A DNA stretch of 64,000 nt from an uncultured Verrucomicrobiae bacterium (GTDB taxonomy: Bacteria > Verrucomicrobiota > Verrucomicrobiia > Limisphaerales > Palsa-1400), in the NCBI GenBank assembly GCA_963702845.1, contig OY969763.1, forward strand, positions 3,712,001 through 3,776,000, written 5' to 3'. Shown piece by piece: positions 52,306-60,874 of this stretch (position 1 is the stretch's first letter; each line of letters starts with the position of its first letter). A program made the position numbers and the translations under genes. The notes under the pieces were generated by a model that saw only the letters and a list, made by a program, of their open reading frames with translations, did no database searches and was not told the origin of the DNA.

Positions 52306-53429
52306 CCGGCAAATTGGTCCGCATCGACCAATTCATCCGCCTTGGTTTCCCGCAATTTTCGCGTCAGTCCTTTTTGCGAATACCGTCCGCGTTGCGCCGC
52401 CAATTGCAATACATTGCGCTCCGTTTGCTCGCCAAACGCGAAACCCAATCTGTCGTAAATTTGACGCATTGTCTTTAACGGATCAGCAGTCAAATTAGTG
52501 TAAGTCACATCTATAAACCGATTCTCAAGGTCCGGCCGTTGTTGTCGGAATTGTGTGATCCTGGTGATTTTCTGTTGCAGCGCCTCCGCCTCGCCGCGTG
52601 CAATCTGTTCGAGGTCCAGATCATTCGAAAACGCCTTTCGCACCACGAACGCCATTCGCGTCGCCGATTTTACCACCTGCATCGGCTCGCGATGCGTCTG
52701 GATTACCATTGCGTCTGGAAACACTTTGAACAACGAATCAAGCGCATACGCATGGTCCGGCGCCTTCAAAATCCAGCGGCCAACACGCCCCTCAGATTGC
52801 GTACGTTCCATAAAACGCTTCTGCCATATATACGCGGGCGTAAAGTCGATTTGGTCCAGGAACGCATCGTACGTCGGAACCCGCAGCATCGTCCCGAATT
52901 CCCGCGAGAGTAACGAATAACTGTGCAACGAAACGCACTCGTGCGGCGAATTGGCGCGCAACGGATGAACCGCATCCGCACCGGGAGCCAACCGTCTGAA
53001 AACCCAGAGTGACATTCCCGTGCGAAACTTGCGCAGGGCCACCGAACCGCCGATCGGCTCCAGAAGTTCCCACGCCGACAACACCCGGTTGGCTTCATCT
53101 CCCGCCAACAGCTCGTGCAAAAAAGTGGAACCACTGCGCGGAATCCCGGTTATAAAAACTGGCGATTTCACTCCGCCGTTTGCAACCGGCCCGGCCGCTT
53201 TCCACGCCTGCTCCAGGACAAGTCTGGACTTGAGAAGCTGGCACAAATAATTGCGGATCAAAAATCGACCGACGGTGTGCAGATTCGCTTCCTGCTCAAT
53301 ACTCGCGCCCAGCACCGTCAACCGTAAGCCGATTTGCGAATCGCCGAAGTCCTGCAACCCGGTTTGAGATTGCGCCCTCGAATACAACTCGACCGGATCG
53401 ATTCCCCCGCGTGTTTCGGTGAGTTTCAT
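52272..53429 (-). CDS. sulfotransferase family protein
   Basis: ITGIPRSGSTFLH (5'-PSB loop), WILKAPDH, QTHREP. Confidence 0.88.
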   Translation of the reverse strand: MKLTETRGGIDPVELYSRAQSQTGLQDFGDSQIGLRLTVLGASIEQEANLHTVGRFLIRNYLCQLLKSRLVLEQAWKAAGPVANGGVKSPVFITGIPRSGSTFLHELLAGDEANRVLSAWELLEPIGGSVALRKFRTGMSLWVFRRLAPGADAVHPLRANSPHECVSLHSYSLLSREFGTMLRVPTYDAFLDQIDFTPAYIWQKRFMERTQSEGRVGRWILKAPDHAYALDSLFKVFPDAMVIQTHREPMQVVKSATRMAFVVRKAFSNDLDLEQIARGEAEALQQKITRITQFRQQRPDLENRFIDVTYTNLTADPLKTMRQIYDRLGFAFGEQTERNVLQLAAQRGRYSQKGLTRKLRETKADELVDADQFAGYGKQFGANSV

Positions 53430-53606
53430 GGCCTGTCAAATAGTTTTTACAACATATCGATATCCCGCCTGCGTCGCTATGAGACCTAAGCCCAATTGTC
53501 CTTTAGTGTTTTTCAGTCAACCGGCCCTTAGGTTTAGGCACTACGACCTTTGTACCACTTGAGCTCCCACTGCATGAGACGACTCTTGAGCGGAGGATTT
53601 TTAGAT

Positions 53607-54866
53607 ATGAAAATGAAACAACATAAATTCATGTTTGCAACCGGCGTGGAGAATAGCATCCCAACCATTCAAAACGGACGTGTCCGCGTCGACCAAATGG
53701 AAAGTTGCGGCCACTACAAACACTGGCGCACCGACTTCGACAAGGTCCAGGAATTGGGAATCGAATATCTCCGATACGGCCCACCGCTGCACAAATGCTA
53801 TCTCGGCCCCGACCGTTACGACTGGTCGTTCGCTGACGAAACTTATGCGGAATTGAGACGGCGCAAAATCACGCCAATAACCGATCTATGTCACTTCGGC
53901 GTCCCGGATTGGATCGGCAATTTTCAAAACCCAGAATTCCCGGAATTGTTCGCAAAATACGCGCGCGCATTCGCCGAACGCTTTCCGTGGGTGCAGCTTT
54001 ATACACCCGTCAACGAGATGTATATCTGCACCATCTTCTCCGCCAGGTACGGTTGGTGGAACGAGCAAATGACCAGTGACCGCTCAGTCGTGACCGCCCT
54101 CAAGCACATCGTCAGGGCCAACGTGCGCGCCATGGAAGAAATTCTCAAAGTGCGGCCAGACGCCATTTTTATTCAGAGCGAATCGTCGGAATATTTTCAC
54201 CCGGAGAATCCAAAATCCATTGCCTGGGCCGACAAAAAAAATATCGCCCGTTTTATGACCTTGGATTTGAACTACGCCCACGACGTCGGCGCCTACGCCT
54301 ATCAATTTCTGCTCGATAACGGCATGACTCAGGACGAATACAATTGGTTCATGAGCAAAAACCTCAAGGCCTCCTGCATCATGGGCAATGATTACTACTT
54401 CACCAACGAACACATAGTATATCCCGACGGCAACACCGGTCCGTCCGGCGAAATCTTCGGCTACGGCGAAATCACCCGCCAATACTTCGAGCGTTACGAC
54501 CTGCCCGTGATGCATACCGAAACAAATATGGCCCAGGGCCCGGCCGGAGACGAAGCCGTTAAATGGTTGCACAAACAATGGGCCAACATCATGCAGGCGC
54601 GCCAGCGACTGGTCCCGATCTTGGGTTTCACATACTATTCCATCACCGATCAAATGGACTGGGACACCGCACTGCGCGAAACAAACAATCGCGTCACCCC
54701 GGTCGGACTGTTCGATCTGGACCGCAAGATCCGTCCCGTCGGCAAAGCCTTTAAAAACCTGATCTCCGAATGGCGAGAAGTCTTGCCCACAGCGAGCCGG
54801 TGCATCCAGGTGCCAATCGACTTCGAATACAACTTCGCGGAACAGGAAGAAGCCGTCCCCGCGTAA
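53607..54866 (+). CDS. family 1 glycoside hydrolase-like protein
   Basis: FATGVE, DLCHFGVPDW, YTPVNE, MHTETN; GGAGG SD at 53592. Confidence 0.85.
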   Translation: MKMKQHKFMFATGVENSIPTIQNGRVRVDQMESCGHYKHWRTDFDKVQELGIEYLRYGPPLHKCYLGPDRYDWSFADETYAELRRRKITPITDLCHFGVPDWIGNFQNPEFPELFAKYARAFAERFPWVQLYTPVNEMYICTIFSARYGWWNEQMTSDRSVVTALKHIVRANVRAMEEILKVRPDAIFIQSESSEYFHPENPKSIAWADKKNIARFMTLDLNYAHDVGAYAYQFLLDNGMTQDEYNWFMSKNLKASCIMGNDYYFTNEHIVYPDGNTGPSGEIFGYGEITRQYFERYDLPVMHTETNMAQGPAGDEAVKWLHKQWANIMQARQRLVPILGFTYYSITDQMDWDTALRETNNRVTPVGLFDLDRKIRPVGKAFKNLISEWREVLPTASRCIQVPIDFEYNFAEQEEAVPA

Positions 54867-54897
54867 ATTCAACCATTCGTAGATGCCAACCAACCAC

Positions 54898-54925
54898 GGC
54901 GGGGCCCGCGAGCCCCGCCTTTTTT
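54898..54925 (+). terminator. intrinsic terminator
   Basis: ggcggggc-ccgcga-gccccgcc-tttttt. Confidence 0.85.
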
Positions 54926-55017
54926 CTGCCCATCCACCTCGGAAGAGAGGATGCCCATTTTATTATCGTTGAGCCCGCCTCAACCTGCCCGTATACTACC
55001 CAATTCGAACCCGGCCC

Positions 55018-55881
55018 ATGAGCGGTGATTTCCCAAATGGACGCGGCCGACCGCCCGCAACGCACGAAAAACGTAATGCATTTACGTTGATCGAACTCCT
55101 CGTCGTCGTTGCCATCATCGCGGTGCTGGCTTCCCTCCTGTTACCCACTCTGGCGGGTGCAAAACAAAGGGCCCGCACCATCTCCTGCCAAAACAACCTT
55201 AAACAACTCCAACTCTGTTGGCACATGTATCCGGGCGATTATCTCGACTACCTCGTGCCCAACGCGTTTGTTTACAACTTCGGGACACAAAGCAATAACG
55301 GTTACATCAACCAATACTCATGGTGTTCCGGGAGCGCGCGCACCGACACCAACACCGACAATCTCAAAACGGGTCTGCTCTTTCCCTACAATACACAACC
55401 CGGCATTTACCATTGTCCCGCTGACTCTTCTACAGTCGAAGACGGCTCTGGGAACAAAATGTCCCAGCTTCGCAACCGCAGTTACAACATGAGTCAATCA
55501 GTTAATGCCTACGGCTGGGTTTTCAATCCCTACACCGGAACGAGCATCGGTGACCGGCAGCCCTGTTTCGAGAAACTGACCCAGATTACCAATCCCCCGC
55601 CCTCCCAGCTCTTCGTCTTCGTCGACGAGCATGAAGATACCTTATACGACGCTCAGTTCGGCTTTCCACAACCACCGGAAGACAGCCAGTGGTGGGACAT
55701 GCCGGCCGACCGCCACAACCAGGGCGCGAACTTTTCCTTCGCCGACGGTCACGTCGAACGCTGGAAATGGAAAGTGCCCAAGAAAGTCCAGTTTTTGGGA
55801 CAATCGGTGAAGACCAATCCGGACGAATATCCAGACTATCGTCGGATCCAAAACGCCATGCGCGTTCTTTCAGAGTTCTAA
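55018..55881 (+). CDS. prepilin-type N-terminal cleavage / H-X9-DG protein
   Basis: [45 protein letters not shown]. Confidence 0.9.
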   Translation: MSGDFPNGRGRPPATHEKRNAFTLIELLVVVAIIAVLASLLLPTLAGAKQRARTISCQNNLKQLQLCWHMYPGDYLDYLVPNAFVYNFGTQSNNGYINQYSWCSGSARTDTNTDNLKTGLLFPYNTQPGIYHCPADSSTVEDGSGNKMSQLRNRSYNMSQSVNAYGWVFNPYTGTSIGDRQPCFEKLTQITNPPPSQLFVFVDEHEDTLYDAQFGFPQPPEDSQWWDMPADRHNQGANFSFADGHVERWKWKVPKKVQFLGQSVKTNPDEYPDYRRIQNAMRVLSEF

Positions 55882-56001
55882 CTTACGACTTCTTTGCAGG
55901 GCTTCTCGTGGATTTGACTAAAAAACATTCGGGTTTGCGTCCGCATTGTCAATAACAGCATATGTGCGAAATTTTGGCGGAACCTCTAAGGAGTAGCATA
56001 T

Positions 56002-56442
56002 ATGAAAAGACAAATCAGAATGATCATGTTGGTCGCAGTTTCGGTTTTGGGAGTCGGGACGTTAATGACGACGGGTTGCAAGAGCTCGGGAAGTGAAACA
56101 CATCGCACTACCGGCACCTATGTGGATGACTCGGCGATTACATCGAAGATCAAATCCAAGTTGATCGGAGACAGCGTCGTGAAAGCGCACGAAATCAATG
56201 TGGACACCTTCCAGGGCAACGTGCAGCTGAACGGCTTTGTTGACAACGCACAGCAAAAACAACGCGCCGAAGAAATCGCGCGCAATACGGCTGGCGTCAT
56301 CAACGTGCAAAACAATCTGCAACTGCGTCCGGAAGCAGCCGGTGCGGGTCGCGCCTACACCACGCACAACAACAGCAGCGCACAAATTCAGGGCCAGGCA
56401 GGTGGCGCAAAAGTCGAAGCTCAAATCAATACCAATCCGTAA
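56002..56442 (+). CDS. BON-domain lipoprotein (OsmY-like)
   Basis: TTGC lipobox; DDSAITSKIKSKL...INVDTFQGNVQLNGFV...GVINVQNNL. Confidence 0.9.
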   Translation: MKRQIRMIMLVAVSVLGVGTLMTTGCKSSGSETHRTTGTYVDDSAITSKIKSKLIGDSVVKAHEINVDTFQGNVQLNGFVDNAQQKQRAEEIARNTAGVINVQNNLQLRPEAAGAGRAYTTHNNSSAQIQGQAGGAKVEAQINTNP

Positions 56443-56457
56443 CCGAACTTTAGGGAG

Positions 56458-56497
56458 GGACGGTTACGGACCGGGAGTTCCGGCGCCGCAACCGTCC
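56458..56497 (+). other. long intergenic hairpin between the BON genes
   Basis: ggacggttacgg ... ccgcaaccgtcc with inner ccgg/ccgg. Confidence 0.5.
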
Positions 56498-56534
56498 GCT
56501 CTGCTGGCCGGTCGGGAAAAACAAAAAGGATAAA

Positions 56535-57107
56535 ATGAAAACCATTAATAACATTATTTTAGCATCAGCACTCTCGTTGGTGTTCGTCGGCTGCGCGGGA
56601 GACCGTTACCATCGGTCCACCGGCGCCTACTTCGATGACAAAGCAACCACCGCAAAGGTGAAAACAGACCTGCTCGTCTCCCCAGACGTTAAAGGCAGAG
56701 ACGTCAAAATAGAAGTCTACCAGGGCAGAGTGCAACTGGCAGGTTTCGTCGACAGCCAGCACGAGAAGGATTGCGCAGGTAATATCGCTCGCCGTGTCAA
56801 CGGCGTGCAATGGGTTAAGAACGACCTCGTCGTGAAGAACCAGTTGCCAGCAGCTCCATGTGTGCCTGTCTCGCAGACGCAGACAACAACACGGACTACG
56901 GTTACTACCACGAGTTCGGTCAATGAACCTGCAGGCGCGAGCAACACGCAAGGCAGTTCCGGCGGTGGCATTGGCGTAGGTGCCCACGTCGGGCCTGTCG
57001 GGGCAGGAGTCAATGTCGGTGGCGGAACCGGCGTTGGAGCGGGTGCCCATGTCGGCTCCGTTGGTGCAGGTGTCAACGTTGGTGGCGCGCCCAAAAACAA
57101 CCCATAA
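56535..57107 (+). CDS. BON-domain lipoprotein with Gly/Val repeat tail
   Basis: FVGC lipobox; DDKATTAKVK...GRVQLAGFV...GVQWVKNDL. Confidence 0.88.
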   Translation: MKTINNIILASALSLVFVGCAGDRYHRSTGAYFDDKATTAKVKTDLLVSPDVKGRDVKIEVYQGRVQLAGFVDSQHEKDCAGNIARRVNGVQWVKNDLVVKNQLPAAPCVPVSQTQTTTRTTVTTTSSVNEPAGASNTQGSSGGGIGVGAHVGPVGAGVNVGGGTGVGAGAHVGSVGAGVNVGGAPKNNP

Positions 57108-57155
57108 AGTTGATGCGCTGATGCGACGCCGAGATTCGGCCCCGGGAGATGGATT

Positions 57156-57314
57156 ATGCCGATGGCAATTTGGTGGGTGGCGGGGTTTGTAGCCGTCCTG
57201 CTGGTTCTCCTCCCGCACTGGGGTTACTCAGGCAAATGGCAGCATAACCTGGGCTCCGCTGTTGGGATCATTCTGATAATCTGTTTGGTCTTGATCGTGT
57301 TAGGCAGGATCAAA
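57156..57314 (+). CDS. DUF3309-like small membrane protein (expected stop reads AAA; ORF runs on to 57566)
   Basis: LPHWGYSGKW...GIILIICLVLIVLGRI fits the DUF3309 pattern, which as recalled ends in GRI. Confidence 0.65.
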
Positions 57315-57323
57315 CAAATCGAG

Positions 57324-57362
57324 AAAATCGCCGATGCAAAAACATCGGCGATTTTTGCTTTT
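57324..57362 (+). terminator. intrinsic terminator
   Basis: aaaatcgccgatg-caaaaa-catcggcgattttt-gctttt. Confidence 0.8.
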
Positions 57363-57403
57363 CCAATCGGACCTCATCCTCGTCCGTCGCCGTCGGCTCG
57401 TAT

Positions 57404-57423
57404 GGAGTTCCGCCTTCAGGCGG
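57404..57423. repeat. GGAGTTCCGCCTTCAGGCGG palindromic unit (REP-like)
   Basis: CCGCC-TTCA-GGCGG hairpin with GGAGTT head; single copy in window. Confidence 0.4.
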
Positions 57424-57562
57424 CTTCCGGATCAACAACACCGTTTTGTTTACCTCAACCGCATCCCAAACTCACCACACTTGCCAATTCACTTGACACA
57501 ATTACCCCAACCGCTCACGCTCCGCACGGCTCCCCAAACAAACGACAACTTATGATTCGTTT

Positions 57563-59172
57563 ATGAAAACCACTACCCCTGTATCTGTCCACGCACCGTC
57601 AAGCTGCTATTCCCGTTAGTCGCAGCTTTCCACCTTGCATCCGGCCTCGAACCCGCGCACGCACGTCCGCTCGGCATCGACGTCTCCAGCTTTCAAGGCT
57701 CGGGCGTCAACTGGTCCAGCGTTAAAAGCGCCGGACGAAGCTTTGCCTGGGCCAAGGCCACCGAAGGCGTCACCATCAATGACTCCACTTTTGCCGGGAA
57801 TGAGAGTCACGGCAAATCCGCCGGAGTAATCATGGGCGCATACCACTTCGCCCATCCCGAATCCAACAGCGGCGGCACCGAAGAAAATCATTTTTGGGCG
57901 GCCGCCGGCGGCTATATAAAAGCCGATGGCAAAACGCTTATGCCGATGCTGGACGTCGAAGTCTTCAGCGGCCACGTTGGCGCCAGCAGTTATTCCGACT
58001 GGGCCAATCAATTCAACAACGCCCTTGTCGCCGACGCCAAAGCTACCGGCGTCAAAATCACTCCATTCATCTACACCAGCTCCTGCAGCGCCTGCAACTT
58101 CAACTCCTCGGTTGCCGGGTGGGGTGCCGATCTAGCCAATTATAATGGCGAAAGTTCGCAAACCGGTAATCCATGGAACGTCTGCACCAGTTGCGAAGCC
58201 TGGGGTGCCGGCGCCTGGGATGCCTGGCAATATACCGATTCCGCCTCGGTCTCCGGAGTTTCTGGTGGCGTCGATGCTGATGTCATCAATGGGACGGTTG
58301 CCACTTGGACTGCCACCTCGCGAGTCATTGCCGCTTCCAAACTCCGCGTTGACTTCAACAACGACGGCCGCGACGACTACGCCTTCTTCAGACCGTCCGA
58401 CGGCACTTGGCACATCAACTTCAGTTCCGCTCTGGGCGACCACACCTTCCAATACGGACAAAACGGCGACATTCCACTGCTCGGCGGTGATTTCAGTGGC
58501 GACGGCGCAGCCGACGCCGTCGTCTTCCGTCCATCAAACGCCACTTGGTATATTCGCTTCAGCGACGACGCCAGCAGTCACAGCTTCAGCTTCGGCCAAA
58601 CCGGCGACATCCCGCTACTCGGCGGTGACTTCGACGACGACGGCGTTCCCGACGCGGTCCTCTTCCGTCCATCCACTGCGATGTGGTACGTCCGTTTCAG
58701 TTCCGACGGCGGCGTCCACAACTTTTCCTTCGGCCAAGGCGGCGACATTCCTTTGATCAATGGCGACTTCAACGGTGACGGCGCTCCGGACGCCGTTCTC
58801 TTCCGCCCATCCACTTCAACTTGGTATGTGCGCTTCAGCTCCGACGCCAGCGTCCACAGCTTCCAATTCGGAACCACCGGCGACATCCCGGTCCTCGGCG
58901 GCGACTACGACGGCGACGGCGCACCCGACGCCCAAATCTTCCGTCCCTCCGACGGTACCTGGCACATCCGCTTCAGCACCGACGGCTCCGACCACGTCTT
59001 CCAATTCGGAACCAACGGCGACAAACCTTGGGGCGGATACATCACTGCCGACCACAAAGTCGACGCCATCCTCTATCGCCCATCAACCGGCGTCTACTAC
59101 GTGCGCGACAGCGTGACCGGCACCTACACCTCCACCCAACTCGGCACCAGCACCGACATCCCGGTCCATTAA
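57563..59172 (+). CDS. secreted GH25 muramidase with six FG-GAP/VCBS-like repeats (frameshift in signal-peptide region ~57580-57600)
   Basis: Frame upstream of ATG 57832 continues through GIDVSSFQG, KATEG; also GAYHF, LDVE (DxE), WQYT, VDAD; the only nearby ATG (57563) is out of frame. Confidence 0.85.
58351..59169 (+). repeat. six coding tandem repeats of ~138 bp (46 aa)
   Basis: Unit DFxGDGxPDAVLFRPSxxxWYVRFSxDxxxHxFxFGxxGDIPxLGG. Confidence 0.9.
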
Positions 59173-59192
59173 AAAAGAATCCGCAGATCCAG

Positions 59193-59349
59193 GTAGGGCC
59201 CGTCGCTCCGCGAGGGCCGTCTCATTCTCAGGTAGGGCCCGTCGCGCGGTTCGCGGCAGCGAACATCAAAATATTTGTTCAAATCTCACGCGGGCCGCTC
59301 TTCTATTCTAATATCCCAAAAACGGGCCGCGCAGCGCGACGGCCCCTAC
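59193..59349. repeat. REP cluster (three GTAG-headed palindromes)
   Basis: GTAGGGCCCGTCGC at 59193(+) and 59232(+); GTAGGGGCCGTCGCGCTGCGCGGCCC at 59349(-). Confidence 0.85.
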
Positions 59350-59726
59350 CACTTCGGCCTCTCCCCATCCGCAAAATAAACAAACGCCCAATCCTCCGCC
59401 TTCACGACCAAATTCTTCCGCACCGGATTATGCAAAATATAATTCGCCTTCTCCATTCGACTCTCCTCGCTCCGCAACCGATGCTCAAAAAAATTCTTCT
59501 GCCACTCAATCCCGATGCCCTTCGCCGTCCACTCTTTCCATTTCGAAATCACGATCAACATCGTTTTGTCCGATGGCGGAAACGAAAGAAGCGCATGCAC
59601 ATGATCCGGCATGATCAAAAACAAATGTGGCCACCAAAGAAGTTTCTCCTGCCGATGCCGCACCGTCTCAAACAACCGGTTCGCGACCTCTGGCACCGCC
59701 AACTGATTGACCCCGCGTTTGTCGCA
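59346..59726 (-). mobile_element. REP-associated tyrosine transposase (RAYT/Y1 HUH), apparently 5'-truncated
   Basis: IMPDHVHALL (HUH), WQKNFFEHRLR, YILHNPVRKNLV...EDW; upstream in-frame sequence is not RAYT-like. Confidence 0.8.
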
Positions 59727-59926
59727 AGGTGCTAAATCGGTCCAAACCCAAAATTGTGAGTGAAGCCCTGTCAGCCCAACAACGCCGCGACAATCAGGAA
59801 AATGTCGTGGCTCGTGCAGGTGATCTGGTTGGAGAATCTGCAAGGAACGAAAAAATTCAGGGCTCGTAGCGGTGTTCCTGACGGACTAAGGCGCTTTGGT
59901 TTCGCTATTCTTTGCGACGTGTCTGA

Positions 59927-60259
59927 TCAGGGCTTGCTTGTCTTCTTACGTTTCTTGTTCGGCGCAGCCTGTGCAATTGCGCTCAATATCGCCGGCAGAT
60001 TCTCGATGGTGACCAACTGTCCTTCGTCGACGATGTAATGGGGCTTTGCTCCCGGATAAGGCGCGCCCTTTTCACAAACGTTCTCCAGTTCGCTGCTGGC
60101 AGGAACGATCTTCACATAGAACAAATTGTCGCAAATGAGTCCAACCACCTTGCCGTCGGCATACAACGCGTATTCGCCGAACATCGCGCGCGCAGCAAAG
60201 TCACCGCGTCCGCGCAGCCTCTCCAAAATGAATTCAACCGTTTCCTTGCATGTCGCCAT
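59927..60259 (-). CDS. TfoX N-terminal domain protein
   Basis: RAMFGEYALYADGKVVGLICDNLFYVK...PYPGAKP. Confidence 0.85.
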   Translation of the reverse strand: MATCKETVEFILERLRGRGDFAARAMFGEYALYADGKVVGLICDNLFYVKIVPASSELENVCEKGAPYPGAKPHYIVDEGQLVTIENLPAILSAIAQAAPNKKRKKTSKP

Positions 60260-60409
60260 AAGGGCTTCAATCAATGTCAGGCGCTGACTCTCTTCTCCGT
60301 TGTTCGCCCGACGGCTGCACCATTACCATACTGAAATGGAAGTAACACTGCCAAAGCCTTTAGAAGCGCGGCTCTCGCCGAACTTGCTTCGCCAGTTTAC
60401 TACATAATA

Positions 60410-60437
60410 TTGACACACCGTAACTTTACTATACAAT
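60410..60437 (+). promoter_or_regulatory. near-consensus sigma70 promoter with no downstream plus-strand gene
   Basis: TTGACA-N16-TACAAT with AT-rich upstream flank. Confidence 0.55.
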
Positions 60438-60476
60438 CCCTTCAGCCGCCGGTCCTTACCGGCACTGGGGACCGTC

Positions 60477-60761
60477 AAAAATGTGCGACTTTCCCCGGTT
60501 CGTTCTTTGAAAACCGCACCAAAAGTGCAACTTAATCCCCACCGAAAGTGGAACAATGTGCGGGAATGTGGGACAATGTGTGACAATGTGCGACTTTCCC
60601 GTGATATTTTTAGTCCGCATTGCGAGGCCGACGTTCGGCCTTTGACAAAAGTAGAAACATTTCCTTCTACGGTGGCCGCGTGCAAACGCCTCCACTTGGC
60701 AACTAATTGCCGGAAGTAGAAGGAAGTTGCCAGAAGTAGAAACATTCCGACGATATTTTTT
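60477..60761. repeat. two 10-bp-periodic repeat modules
   Basis: AATGTG decamers at 60541-60600 and GAAGTAGA/GAAGTTGC decamers at 60701-60750; each has an upstream copy of its terminal motif and a GATATTTTT tail. Confidence 0.8.
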
Positions 60762-60804
60762 CGAGGAGCCAATGCCGATCAGACGACGCGCGCGGAGCCG
60801 GAAC

Positions 60805-60829
60805 GTCCGGTTCGCCAACGCGCCCTACC
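60805..60829 (-). repeat. degenerate GTAG-headed REP
   Basis: Minus strand GGTAGGGCGCGTTGGCGAACCGGAC; same GTAGGG head as the 59.2-kb REPs. Confidence 0.45.
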
Positions 60830-60874
60830 TATGTGAAACCGGGGAGCGCCGAGTTCAGTCTGCTCCGGCCTTCC

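Noticed and set aside
58351..59169. 138-bp tandem repeats as a CRISPR array or non-coding repeat
   Set aside because: In-frame coding repeats with synonymous variation and no spacers
57563..59172. Prophage endolysin
   Set aside because: Has a signal-like N-terminus and no holin, structural or integrase genes nearby
58821..59735. 304-aa plus-strand ORF spanning the GH25 end, REPs and RAYT
   Set aside because: Arg/Pro-rich off-frame read overlapping two real genes
60477..60761. CRISPR array
   Set aside because: Units are 10 bp and contiguous, with no unique spacers and no cas genes
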